Shown here piece after piece: positions 1 to 13,600 of a stretch of DNA of 64,000 nucleotides. This DNA comes from Balanoglossus misakiensis (lineage: Eukaryota; Animalia; Hemichordata), in the NCBI GenBank assembly GCA_040954595.2, contig CM082577.2, positions 18,450,303 to 18,514,302 of the forward strand. Direction: 5' to 3'. Within the stretch, counting starts at the first letter, position 1; every line of letters begins with the position of its first letter. Both the position numbers and the translations under genes were made by a program. The notes beneath the pieces were generated by a model that had not been told where the DNA came from, ran no database searches, and saw only the letters and a list, made by a program, of their open reading frames with translations.

Positions 1-45
1 CAATGTAAGAGCTGTAACTGCATAAACATTACGTCAAATTTACTT

Positions 46-1371
46 TAGTAATTACCGGGTTTTACTGATAGTTTGCCCGTCCAAAAAATCACTCATTGGC
101 AATGAGTTGGTTGATGGCAACTGCTTTGGATATCTAAATTGAATTTCGGGCTGTGACATGTGAATTTCAACATGTACGATTCATCGTCCATTTTTAAAAA
201 TGAAAGGAATGGAGGAGGCGAAATGTTGCAGCGAACTTTCGGTAGGTATTACAAACAGCAATGCGAAACTGATGTCCACCCAATTGATACATTGCCTATT
301 CAAGTGCTGGAAATAACCCTAGCGTCATTGTTAGTGTGTGATTGACGTGGGCGACGTCCAGCGATCGATGATTACTACGCTTCTTTGACATCGACAAACA
401 CAGCGTTGTCAAGTTCGGAGATCGTATGTAGCGCAGAAACCATTCTCTTTCCCTGGGTGAACTGGCGAAGGTGTCGAATCATGTCCATATTGTGTTAGAA
501 GGTCAGTTGACGTAGCTCTGCATTGGGCTGCCCACCGGTTAACCTCAACAGCACTGTCCACCTTGGCGTAACAGGTGAATTCCTCTGGCGTAATGGCATC
601 TCGCATTGAATTCATCGCTGACCACAGAGTCCGAATCCAAGAAGTCGGCTTTGCGAAAGCAACTAACAACTGTCTGAAGGTTGACATGGTCCCACAACTC
701 CTTCGCCGTGTACACGGCATCCAAGATGGTGAACGCCTTCACGATATGGACAGGTTGCGATCGGCATTGGCGTATATGGTAGCTGTGGGCAACACAGCCC
801 TGCCACGCAGAGTTACGTGCAGGCACAGCGAGGGCAATGACGATGCGCGTGTTTTAGGCGGCTGCGGTAATGTCTTTTCCAGTTTTTGATCACGCCCATG
901 TTCAGAGGGTGAATGAAACTTGTTGTTTTCGTAGCCTCCATGTTCGTCAAAGCAATGTACAATTGACAGGTTGCGATCGGCATTGGCGTATACGGTAGCT
1001 GTGGGCAACACAGCCCTGCCATGCAGAGTTACGTGCAGGCACAGCGAGGGCAATGACGATGCGCGTGTTTTAGGCGGCTGCGGTAATGTCTTTTCCAGTT
1101 GTTGATCTCCCTCATGTTCAGAGGGTGAATGACACTTGTTGTTTTCGTAGCCTCCATGTTCGTCAAACCAATGTTCAATAAATAGAAGAACAGCTGTCGA
1201 CAGGCAATCACATACGGCGACGCTTGCATCGAAGTAGGTTTATTGAAATGGTCTATGTAGCCAAATTAACACCTGGGCGACTAATTGGTTCCAGGTCTGC
1301 ACCTGTCCATTTCCTCATTTTCCAATTTTAATTGCCCTTGGCGCACTTTCAGTAAAACCCGGTAATAACTG
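46..1371 (-). mobile_element. Internally deleted pogo/Tigger-family DNA transposon remnant carried inside the Helentron
   Basis: ~31-bp imperfect TIRs (agtaattaccgggttttactgatagtttgcc / ggcgcactttcagtaaaacccggtaataact), right end ACTG|TA. Minus-strand frames give DDE_1-type C-terminal motifs (TTSFIHPLNMGVIKNWKRHYR; TILDAVYTAKELWDHVNLQTVVSCFRKADF), frameshifted, with a ~220-bp internal duplication. Confidence 0.75.
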
Positions 1372-2232
1372 TAAGATTAATGACAAGCTGGCAGTAAATA
1401 TAAAATTTCCAATACCTTTTGGAAGACAATATTTTCTCATTGAGTATAACTTAAAAGCACATTTCACATTGCCATAGCAAACAACAGCGGTAATTCACAA
1501 AAACTCGCACATATTCATGGGGAAAAAATACTTTGGCCCATGGAAACATACAAACATTATGTTTCTACAGACATTGCCAGAAAAATTACAAAAAATACAG
1601 TACATGTATATATACAGTTCAACACATATTAATATCCCATGAATATGTTGGCCTTATGTATAAATACGTTTCAATTCATTAAACAGTTAAGTAGTAAACC
1701 TCACGCATACCAATGTCAATTATTGATAAGTGTGTGTAGGCAACATGAAGAAATTGACATGACTCTCTTAAAGGGGAAAGTTACTGATGCATATGACGTG
1801 ATTGAAATCAATATGTTTTACAGAAGAGAATAAGAAACTTTACAGAACACACAATAAAAATATACACAATTACGACAATGTCAGTAATATATTAAGCTGT
1901 ATTTAAAGGAAATAAGTCACTGTTTGATGTATTATGCACACAAATACATAAATATTTAGCATAACATACTCAGTAATTTGTAGTCTGTACAGGACTTTGT
2001 TTAAGTTATTGTTTTCTCATATGTACCTTGAAGTCGAGTAGGTGTCACGTACACGTCATCAATATTTCAGCGTGTGCCCAATAGTCTCACAACAGAAAGT
2101 ACTATTGCCTAAAAAAACGACACCAAAAACATAAACGGTGACTTTGTCCCTTTCTCCCACAAGCCCTGCACACCCTTTGCCCTCCCATACAATTAAGACT
2201 CTGATTAATATCACCTGTACACGCTCCGTGAC

Positions 2233-2321
2233 TTACATTTGTCAGGTCTTTCTAATTGTTATTTACTGCTGACATGGGAACAGTACAGCAGTAAACAACA
2301 ACTAACACCTGACAATGGTAA
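2233..2321 (-). other. ~89-nt hairpin downstream of the RepHel stop codon
   Basis: Arms ttacatttgtcaggt...tttactgctg / cagcagtaaa...acctgacaatggtaa; also at 23241-23329. Confidence 0.6.
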
Positions 2322-5300
2322 AGACAGAGCGTATGTTTACAGCTAATGTCAATCACATACAGAATTAAAACACAAAAAACTGTGGCCCCGTCACCATTGG
2401 ATCACCACAAATTTTTTACAAGCACGACAGGATAAATATCACATGTTTGTCTCAGTGTTAGTGTTAATGTTCAAATCTGAATGCGTATGGCTTCATGAAA
2501 GCTGAAGTATTTGGGTACAATCTCAACTGTGACATTTTTTATGCCTTTCACATACACATGGTCAATCAATGTACATGTACCAGCTTCTGTGGTTGCTCTA
2601 TTAACATACTGTTTGAATCCAAAACTTTGCATTAAATTCACAAGCCATGATGATGTGAATATGTTCTCATTGAAATCACCCATGATCACTGTCCCACCAT
2701 GGCGTTTACCCATTTCATTCACTAACAGAAGCAGGTTCATCCTGAATGTGTCCATTTTATATGATGGTGGTCTGTAAACTACTGCTACTGTCACATTGAT
2801 GTCATGGACATAAAATGCCATATATTCTAGGTTAAAAACACCCATATGCAAAATGTCAACAGTTTTGGATATAGTGTAGTATATTCCAACACCACCCCTA
2901 TGTTGTGATTGCAAAGTTGCAGTATTATTATTTAATTGATTATAAGATAAACTTCGAGGTTTGTGACTAAACACAAAACCACTAACTTCTATTTCAGATA
3001 GTCTTGTTGTGTCAGACAACCATTTTTCTGTCAAACAAATGAAGTCCGCCTCCAAACAATCTATATCGGTTCGAATATCCTGTATGTGGTTTTCAACACC
3101 TTCAATATTATGCATGATGACTGTGCAAGCATGACTTGTTTGCAACTTTGTTTCACATGTATCAAGAAACTGTGGCATTTCTGCCAAAGCAGCCTGCATC
3201 TTCGGATTGGAATAAATAGATGATGTTTCAAATTGATCGATGACAAGACCTTCCAATGATGTCACTCGACTCAACGCAACATATGCCTGTCCTGGTGCAA
3301 ACATCTTCTCTAAACTAACCACAGCTTTATCAACTGTCAATCCTTGTACCTTGTGCACTGTACATGCCCATGCTAATTTCAGAGGAAATTGTCTCCTAAT
3401 ACCACCATTGCTTGCAACAGACATTTCCTGAGGTTCAATACGTGTGCTTCTTTCTGGTAACGTAATCACATTAGGTGTTTTCCTGCGCAACTTTTGCCCA
3501 ACACTTAAATTATCAAACACCACATACACAGCCATTGGGAAAGTCCCATTGTCCTTCACTTCAATATGGCATACTGTTCCAAATACACCATTGACCAGCC
3601 CATCAGAAACATTTAAATTTTGTGTCAATTGAACTCGTGCATTAACGGCTAGAGTTACACTTTTAGGCAACATTGTTCTGAAGACTTTTGTGTGATGCCC
3701 TTCCTTTCTCTCCAATTTTCCTGTTGTACCATTTTTGATGAAATCTTCTGCTTCAATACACACAGGATCAGAACATACAGAATGAAGCATTGTAACATTG
3801 CATTTATTTACTTCTGCATTTGTACCAAAAATGTGAATTGCCTCAGACGATTCACCAGTGACACATTTCTGAAACATTTCCAAGTCATTTGGTTTCAGTG
3901 CCTCTCCCTTCTTGTGAACTCTTATGTGATTCAGTGCTTCTGCAAAGCCACTATCCTTCTGTCTCATTATTTCAGTAAGCTCAACAATCTTGAAATTATC
4001 ACTCCACAAGCTAATTACATCATTGTCTATGCATAGTGGACTTCCTTTCACAGGTGGAAGTTGGTAAAAATCACCAACAGCGATGACACTTACAGTTCCA
4101 AATGGTGATTGACTTGAGCGTTGTTTGAGTTGTCTTAATCTTCCATGAACATAGTGCAATAACTTCTTATCAACCATGGAAATTTCATCTATGATTAAAA
4201 TTTCCACATTTCCACATTTCCAAATTTCGCACGGAGACTGTTGATCTTTTCCTCATGCAGTGGCTGATACGGCAACTTTGAGTCAACTGCTATTGAAAAT
4301 GCATGATGCAGTGTTTCTCCTTGAATATTAAATGCAGCTACACCAGTTGGAGCAGTCAGCATTACAGAGACCTCATCAGGAGATGGCAATACACGAGCTA
4401 GAATTCGTTTGGCTTCATGATACAACGTCTTGATCGAATGGCTTTTCCCAGTGCCAGCACCACCACTCACAAATAAATAAAAAGGCTCTGGATTCTTCCC
4501 ATTGCTTTTATCCAAACACCACTGTCTCACACTATAGAATATTTCTGCCTGTTTTTTGTTCAATGATCTACACATTGCTGCAATCTCTGCTCTTGCTAGT
4601 GAAGTAGAAATCTGTACACTGCAATCACCTTTCACCTTTTTCTTCAATTCTGGAATATCTGATTCTACTTCAGGATCATTACCATGGTATTTTTTGCCTT
4701 CCTCTATACATTCCAATCTGTCTAATTCATTTTCAGGGCAGATTTGTGCCCATGCATCTTGCAGTGGTTCATTATTCCCACCAAGGAATTCTTCAGCCTC
4801 ATCAACAGCATCAGCCTCTTTTTCATACAATGCTTTGTTCCTTTCCACTATGACCTTCACTTTTTCTACAAATTCAGATCCACATTTTACAGCACCAACA
4901 CGATAAAAATTCTCATAGGATTCATAACCACTAGGTTTCAGTTGTGCATCAACCCGGTATGGTAGAAAGAGTTCCAAGATACTACGATAATACTTCTCTG
5001 GATATTTTGTCACTGAGAATCTGGCATATCTAATGACAGCTGGTTCAGTTCGTGATCTCTTCTGCATATAGCCAATATCATTTTGTAACTTTACTAAAGG
5101 ACTCTGTCGTTTCTCATCATTGACATTCACAACTTCTGATTTTGACACTATTCTGTATTCTGAGCAAAATGTAGCAACACACATGCTATCGAAATCTACC
5201 CCATTAGGTCTGTTCTTGTATCTGTCAACAATACTGTGCATCCAGATGCTTTCCTCATCGACCTCATCACCCTTCATTTTGCTTCTTATTGCAGCAAATG

Positions 5301-7959
5301 GCAAACTCATTTTAATAGGATTTTCTCCAGTTGGAATAAACTGGACTTTTCGAGATGATTGCTTCAGTTTCAATCCACACACTCTATGTACAGCCTCCTG
5401 GGCACTCACTTCTCTGTTGTGAAGATAAACACTGCCTAACTGCCTCAATGCAGATTTAGCATCCATATTTCCTTCTTTGTTAGCTTCTTTCTGAGCATGT
5501 TCCAGAAGTAAACCCATTTCTCTTTCTGCCTTGGAGATGTAGGATACAATATACACAACACATGCATATGCATCAACAACAAACTGGATATCCATATTTG
5601 CATTCCAGCAACGCAGAAGACAAGCATTGTATTGGTTTACCCACACATCATTAGGCTGACGTTCCATAACTATACTTGTCTTTTTTGAAACGATTGAATG
5701 TGCTCTCTCATAGGCTTCCTGAGATATACCAATTTTTTCAAATAACTCATCTATGGTATATCATACTCTTTCTCCTTGTCATTCATTGCCTCGCACACTT
5801 TTTCTAGAAGTTTTGTAGCCATCGTTTGCTCCACTGGTGAAACACTTATCTGTGAAACGGCAATTTCAACTGCTTCGCGACTCTCTGCCTTTTCTACATC
5901 TTCTGGTACTGTATTCACTACACTGTCAACAGGGCGACATACAAATGTTTGTTTTGATGGTGGCCGTGGAAAATTAAATCTGCATGTAGCGTTTTTCTTC
6001 TTGCAAGATTTTGAATGGCGTGTGCTGTGTTTCTGAACTGACTTCACAATGTCATGTAATTCTTCATCATTGTCAGATGATGGCATTTCACACGTAACAT
6101 AACTGTCAACAAAATCAACCACTTCATCATCAGAATCCTTGTCTACTCTGGGTGCATTTTCAACCCAAAATAAGCAGTGTGTGTGGGGTGACCCACGTTG
6201 CTGGAATTCTACTCGATAAAAGTAATCTTTGATTTTGCCAATAGGATTGGCTGGTGACATAATGACATCTTTCAGAAAACATTGAAACCGATGATCAAAC
6301 ATTCTGGCAGCTGTTACTGGGTTACGCTTCAAAATACCACATTTCTCAGACCAATCAAGGTCCTCTGCTTTACGTGTATCACTTTCACCACGAAGCAATG
6401 TCTCAATGAGTTCTGTCCATCGCAAATCAGCAGAAGAAAATGAACAGAACCATGTTGGTATACCAAGCTGTCTGATCATCGCAAACAAATCTTTCTGTGT
6501 AGCTTGCCAGTAAGGGGGTGTCCCTCTAATAGGTTTCAAAAACTTGTAACCTTCATCACACTTCAAAATCTCTTGCAAAGATTCCCTGTCAGTCAAAACA
6601 TCAGATGTAACTTTTTTCCCACAAGCATGTGCAGTTCCTTTTCTCAATGCAATAGACACATTGGATACAACCTGCTCAAGTTCTGACAAATACTGTGAAT
6701 AGAATATGTAGTCTGTATTCTGTGCAAACCTATTGCTTGCGTTCATCAAACGACTTTGCAAATATCGACCTATAGTAATTTCAATTTCTCTATCATCATG
6801 AAATGTTGGTGACCCAGTTGGAAATAACACTGGAAAGCACTTTGCTTCATTGAATTTCTCCATCAAAACACTAACAGGTGCATTACCCTCTGCAGGAGCA
6901 ACAGAGATTATATCATCGAAGTGATAATCAAGAATATCCTGACCTATATTGACTGGTTGAAAGCACGTGTCCATGAATATCCCATTTGTATCTTTTCCAG
7001 ACTCATTTTCATCTTCTTCGTCTGATGACACATCATCATCATTACCTTTGAGATCTGCAGGTTCATCTTTTGTTTTCTCAAGACTATTTTCCCAATCCAC
7101 ATTGAATTTCACATCACTATACCACTGATTATTTCTCTGTAAGTAACCTAGTGCATTCTCAATGTGGCTTTTAGTTACAAACTGATACTGATAACAACCC
7201 TTGTATGTCAATTTTCGCTTCAATTACACCTTTATCATCTGATCATCCAATTCACCGCGTGGCAAAATACTTGTAGCTTTCTCTATATTAGATGGGACGC
7301 ATACAACAGGTCCATGAACACCGTTCTGACCACCTTTTGGTAGCGCCATCATTTTCATGAAAGGAATATGCAGCGCAATCAGATGTTGTTCTAGGGAATT
7401 CAGGCATTCCAATTCGCGAGGTATTGGGTTTACATGCAGATTATTTGCAACAGCTTGAACTGGCATCTTCCCACGCAACATTTTAGTGTCACAAGTGTAA
7501 CAAATCCACATCTTACTAGCTGCACTATTCTCAAGTGGGCACTCAACAGGACATAATAAACTACATCTATGTACATAATCTTCTGTAATGCAATTCTCAG
7601 CAATATCACATGATGCTATTTTACTCGCATACTTATCTCTTTTGCAAAGCTTCACTTGCTTTCTGAAAAGTCGCCTGTGGCAAACAGAACACACACAGTC
7701 AGGACCATTTGATACCTGATTTCTGAAACCAACAACCACATAATCTAAATTTCTCTTCTTAATTTTGTTCTGTTCTCTCTCTCTCCTCCTTCTTTCTAAT
7801 ACAGTCTCTCTGTAATGCGGGCTTCGTTTGTACCTTTGTGAACACTCTCTCTGCAGATTTTCTCTGACCAGGGGAACTTTCCTATATCGTTCACAAAATT
7901 CTGATTTTTTCTTCTCACGAAATTGTCTGTCGTGCTGATATTTTTGTACAAATTTCAAC

Positions 7960-8390
7960 TTCTGCGATTCACGAAACACAGCGTCTTGCCGGTACTTCTC
8001 TGAACATTTCACCTTCGTAGCTTCACGAAACACAGCGTCTTGCCGGTACTTCTCTGCACATTTCACCTTCGTAGCTTCACGAAACAATGCGTCATGCCGG
8101 TACTTCTCTGCACATTTCAACTTTGTGGCTTCACGAAACAATGCATCATGCCGGTACTTCTCTGCACATTTTTAACTTTGTGGCTTCACGAAACAATGCA
8201 TCATACCGGTACTTCTCTGCCAATTTTAACTTTGTGGCTTCACGAAACAATGCATCATGCCGGTACTTCTCTGCCAATTTCAACTTTGTGGCTTCACGAA
8301 ACAATGCATCATGCCGGTACTTCTCCGACAATTTCAACTTTGTGGATTCACGAAACAAAATGTCCTGCTGGTACTTCTCTGACAATTTCT
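7960..8390 (-). repeat. 54-bp coding tandem repeat (18-aa LFREATKLKLAEKYRHDA), 8 units; 5 units in copy 2 (29730-29995)
   Basis: cacgaaac recurs every 54 bp; repeat visible in translations. Confidence 0.9.
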
Positions 8391-8629
8391 GTTTCTTAAC
8401 CTCTCTGTAAGTTATATCTTCATGGTACTTTCTTTTACTTTCCATTTTCAGTTGCTCCCTGATTTCACAATCACTATGATACAACGCACGCTGTCTATCA
8501 CCTTTACTGGTCCTTGTCTTATTAATTGCACTCACCATACTTTTTTCTCGTTTGTATCTCTCTCTTCTTAGTTCCTTTTGAACCCTAGCACTCAAGCGCC
8601 TTTGTCTCTTAACTCCTCTTTTAATCCTC

Positions 8630-10250
8630 TGAGGTTCCAAATTGTCATTCACAATTCCTTTCTCATTTACACACTTCCTTTGTGGAGTAGAAATGTCACT
8701 AGTGACACATTTCAAGTTGTCATTGACATTTTCACTACGCACCACTACATCACAATCACTATGTGTACAGTGACAGGTTTCCAAATTTGGTGTTTTCACA
8801 CACTCAACAACTTCAAAATGATTTTGATTCACATGATTAATATAGATACCATCACGTCGACTACAATTCCTCTTATTAAATTTATTGCAAGGATGTTTCC
8901 ACCATCGACCAATACTATAGACATAAATGTCAGTGTTCAAAAGGTCTGCTCCAACAAGGATCTCCAATTCAGAGCCCCAAACATGAAGGGAAGCCATTCT
9001 AGACTTCTCAATATAGTCTGTAAATGACATATACCCCATTACGTTTAGATATGTTAAATATGCTTTCTCATTCACTTTCATGTGATTAACAATTGCTTGT
9101 CGCATCACTCTGTGATTTCTCTCAGTACCACTGACAGCATATGACAAAGACCTAAATAAACAATTACCATCACCAATAATAGATTTCATTCTACACGGTT
9201 CACCTGCTTGAACACTGTCAATTTTATTCAGCAAAACATTATTTTCATTTCGAATTTGAAGTTTGTTACACAACTGTGTACGGATGGCAGGTGACATGGG
9301 AGAAAATAATAACGCATGCTTTATTTCACTTTGAATACACAAATCATCTGACTCATTTCCCCCACACTCAAAGTCTATGACTGAGGGCATATGCATGTCA
9401 TCATTAGCATTAACAATACTAACTTCTGTTTTCACATTAATCATCTGCAGTTCCAAATTGTCATTGACAATTCTTTTCTTGTTTGGCCATTTCCTTTGTG
9501 AATTAGAAATGTCACTAGTGACACATTTCAAGTTTTCATTGACATTTACACTAGGCAATACTACATCACAATCACTATGAGTACAGTGACAAGTTTCCAA
9601 GTTTGGTGTTTTCACACAATCAACAACTTCAAAATGATTTTGATTCACATGATTAATGTAGATACCATCACCTCGACTGCAATTGCTCTTATTAATTTTA
9701 TTGCAAGGATGTTTCCACCATCGACCGATACTATAGACATAAATGTCAGTGTTCAAGAGGTCTGCTCCAACAAGGATCTCCAATTCACAGCCCCAAACAT
9801 GAATGGAAGCCATTCTAGACTTCTCAATATAGTCTGTACATGATGTATACCCCATTACATTCAGATATGTTAAATATGCTTTCTCATTCACTTTCATGTG
9901 ATTAACAATTGCTTGTCGCATCACTCTGTGATTTCTCTCAGTACCACTGACAGCATAAGACAAAGACCTAAATAAACAATTACCATCACCAATAATTGAT
10001 TTCATTCTACACGGTTCACCTGTTTCAACACTGTACATTTTATTCAGCAAAACATTACTTTCATTTCGAATGTTAAGTTTGTTACACAACTGTGTACGGA
10101 TGGCAGGTGACATGGGAGAAAATAATAACGCATGCTTTATTTCACTTTGAATACACAAATCATCTGACTCATTTCCCCCACACTCAAAGTCTATGACTGA
10201 GGGCATATTAATGTCATCATAAGCATTAACAATACTAACTTCTGTCATCA
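8630..10250 (-). repeat. 816-bp direct duplication encoding two OTU cysteine-protease domains
   Basis: caatactaacttctgt at 9414 and 10230; two near-identical 272-aa blocks. Confidence 0.9.
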
Positions 10251-10399
10251 CATTAGATTTCACCTCCAATTCTTTCTTAATCCCATTTCTTGTTCCCTTA
10301 CCTTGGTTATCAACAATGTCATGAATCACATTGTGTTTCATATTCAGTTCTGCATTCTGCCCACAGTTTACACTAGGTGACAGTTCACAAGAAATATCA

Positions 10400-10620
10400 C
10401 TTGCGTCCCGAGGTACAACATTGGCAGAGTCATTTGAGCCCCGAGGGACAGCATTAACAGAGTCATTTGAGTCCTGAGGGACAACATTTACAGAGTCATT
10501 TGAGTCCCGAGGGACAACATTGGCATAATCATTTGAATCCCGAGGGACAACATTTGCATAGTCATTTGAGTCCCGAAGGACAATATTTCCACATTCATTT
10601 GAGTCCCGAGGGACAATCTT
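10400..10620 (-). repeat. 33-bp coding tandem repeat (11-aa VVPRDSNDSAN), 7 units; 6 in copy 2
   Basis: catttgagtcccgagggacaa periodicity; translation. Confidence 0.85.
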
Positions 10621-12186
10621 TCCATTGCTTTGGTCAAACAGGACAGATTGGCCCTGAGTGACAATTCCACTGGTTAGTGGGACACGACCCAAACCCAACC
10701 GCTTTTTCTGCGCATCACTGCTCCTCCAGTTCTTCTTACGAGGCATCTGAAAAATATATAAACACGATTACCATCACCACACTATTTACCCATTCACTGT
10801 GGATAAAAAAATCCACATTCTGCATACCTACCACATTTCAGTGTCTGCATCACTTCTTTTCATGTTTCCTTACCGTTGAATTGAAATAAAAAAGCCCTTT
10901 CCACAAATAGGTTCCATAATACTGGTACAAAGGTGAAATACACATGTACAATAGCAACTACGCTCACCACAATTCTGCACTGTTTGTGTACATCAAACTA
11001 CACCATAACTAAGGCACTGTCATTACAGGTTCCACACAACATTTTCTGTTTTAATCATGTCCCACGATACCTCAATAATCCTGGTAAACAAGCATACATA
11101 CACTACACAAGCTCTTGACCACCTCTATGATGACCACACATCTACAATCTAGAATGCAATTCATATCCCCTGCTATATCTATAACACTTACCCTCAATCT
11201 GTTTTGTCACCAGCACCTGGCAAAAATGAACCAAATAACCTTATTTAGTAATGACGTCTATCACACAGTTCTAAATACTGATACAACACAGCATACACAA
11301 AATCTCTATAAAATATATACTGGTGGCAACTTGCACAACAACGGTTTCCAGATTTCATTATACACCCCTTCACATTTCCCCGTATGCTACCAATACACAA
11401 CTACCAATATAGTTATTCATCAAGTTAGTATGATCAACAAACCCTAAGGGAAACACAAAACCAGATTACGTTCCTAGCCAACACTCCACAGATTACCATA
11501 CCTTCACAACAGGCACAATCACAGCTCCCTACACACTTCCCATCCACATTTGCCTCACACTGACTAAATGTAACAAATGAAATTGCTGAAGACAAACATG
11601 ATTCCCTAATTTACATAACAACAGCATACAAATTCAAATACACACTATTCATTACACATAATTTCACCAGTATTACACCATTACAAAGTACTCAAACAGT
11701 CTTTGATATCACAAGCTATTCAAGAAAAAGCTCACACAGCAAACACTAAATCCTATAACCTCATAGTAAACACCAATATAAACACTCACCTTTACACTGA
11801 GATATATCTTTCACCAAAATCTGTTAACAAAATAAAGTAAACCATTACAGTAACTCATTACTTCCCTCAATTAACCCCCAACAGGAAAAATATGCACATG
11901 TATGTGTACAATTCACAACAACATCAGTATAACAATACACATACCTCACTCAACACAACCCAAACAAAACAGTTTCGTTTTCCACAACACATCACTGGAC
12001 AAACACAATGACTAACACTGAATTCACTGCCATACCTTCACTATTCAGTAATTACCTGAATTAGGTATAAACATCACACTCTACTTACAGTAACATCCCC
12101 TCTGACATCATCAAAACCACACTTCCGCTCAATACACTATAATTACACAACCGACAGATCGACGTAATTAGTGCGTAGGCCACTAA

Positions 12187-12442
12187 AGGCCGCCGCACAC
12201 GAGAGAAATCAGCTGAGCAAAACGCCATTCCAGGAATTTTGCTCAGCAAGTTTTTCTCGTGTGCGGTGGTCTTGAATAATTTTCCTCGCGAGGAAAACAA
12301 TATCAAACATGTTGAATATCGTGATCCGCGGCGCAAAAGTAAAAAGAACGGGAAAAATCGCCCGCACACGGGAGGAAAATTGCAGAGCAGAATTCCTGGA
12401 ATGGCGTTTTGCTCAGCTGATTTCTCTCGTGTGCGGCTCCCT
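12187..12442. mobile_element. 256-bp PIF/Harbinger-type MITE carried in the Helentron
   Basis: ~55-bp TIRs (aggccgccgcacacgagagaaatcagctgagcaaaacgccattccaggaatt and its reverse complement), flanked by TAA...TAA. Confidence 0.7.
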
Positions 12443-13379
12443 TAAGGGAAACACTCCGTCGCCGCCATATTTATTTGCACTTACCTCAGTTACACATGAC
12501 ACAAAACTTATTACACTCACGTCGCCATTCATATCATTATCACAATACCGCTGGATAAACTACAACTACACAATCGACACCATCCACCTATCCACTCATC
12601 CAAATCACCGATAAAATGAGTTATACACCCCTTTTAAACTCTGACATGTCAGCATAACTTATTGCGTAAGAACCTCTGCAAAACACACGATCAACGCCAT
12701 ATTGGATTTACCTGGGTAACTTGTTCAAATACAAGTCTCCATCAACAGACATCGCGGATTCACACCACCGCTGAATCAACTACAACTACACAAAGGTCAC
12801 CAACCACCTCTCCACTCATCCAAATCACCAACAACATGATCTATACAACACACAATTTCAACATGTAAGCATCAGGACACTCACCATCAATCAGTTGACC
12901 TCTGCCGCTGTAAACTTGTTTTCGTATTCGCAATCACATTCGTTTTCAGATCCGTCAACCTGTGCGCTACACAGAACATCTCCACACTCAAATGCCTACC
13001 AGGACAAAATACCTCATACGGATAGCCATTGTGAATATCAATATTTAGACTATGTCAACGAATTCCAGAACTTGAACAGTAAACATCAGCCCAAGTGATC
13101 ATATTCACAGTTTGTGTGCAAATAACCTACCCTGCGGTCAAAACCTTACACCAAATCTATTACATGAAAGAAACCACCTTTTATTACTATTATATTTCCT
13201 ATTTTTTGGCCCACCCATGGGCCTATACCCCCCACATTTAAGCTATGACCACCAATTACTTCCGTAATTATATTCCGTGCGTGGACACATCACGCTTACT
13301 TATACAGCAGGTACTTTAGAGTTCAAAATGTATGATTTCCTACTGATCAGTTATGATACATCCGGCGTAGGCAAACCGT

Positions 13380-13600
13380 AATGCTTTTGTTGTCGTTATT
13401 ATTGGGGTTCACTGAATCCCGATCACGTCACTTCTGCCTAAGATGCACTCGACTCCAGCTCCACACAAATATGCGGCCTATTCCAACGCGCGCGCACGTG
13501 GCATCGGCAAAGACGCCATGCAAAGGTTGCGTCTCGCAGCACTTATTTGTTACCAAATCGTGTTTAATAAGTTACAGTTACATGAAAATAACGGCAATTC
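13380..13600. promoter_or_regulatory. Candidate bidirectional promoter between RepHel (-) and RPA-like (+) genes
   Basis: CpG-rich patch with CACGTCACTTC(T/C)G (ETS-CRE-like), GCGCGCGC and an E-box CACGTG, lying between divergent genes; inference. Confidence 0.35.

Larger units (their letters stand above)
2471..10746 (-). pseudogene. Helentron transposase OTU-OTU-Rep(HUH Y2)-Pif1 helicase-APE endonuclease, copy 1, disrupted
   Basis: Five consecutive ORFs. OTU GDGNCLFRSLS/NHFEVV x2; Rep YFYRVEFQQRGSPHTH and YIVSYISK; Pif1 [39 protein letters not shown]; EN YRPP, GDFN, IDH. Lesions versus copy 2: +1 at ~8170, nonsense at 7224-7226, +2 at ~5760, 8-bp duplication at ~4205. Confidence 0.93.

Noticed and set aside
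160-1229. Short ORFs on both strands as real genes
   Set aside because: They are frameshifted pieces or antisense shadows of a decayed pogo transposase
2296-2321. Resemblance of the hairpin arm to miR-8/miR-200
   Set aside because: The seed region does not match; only TGTCAGGT is shared
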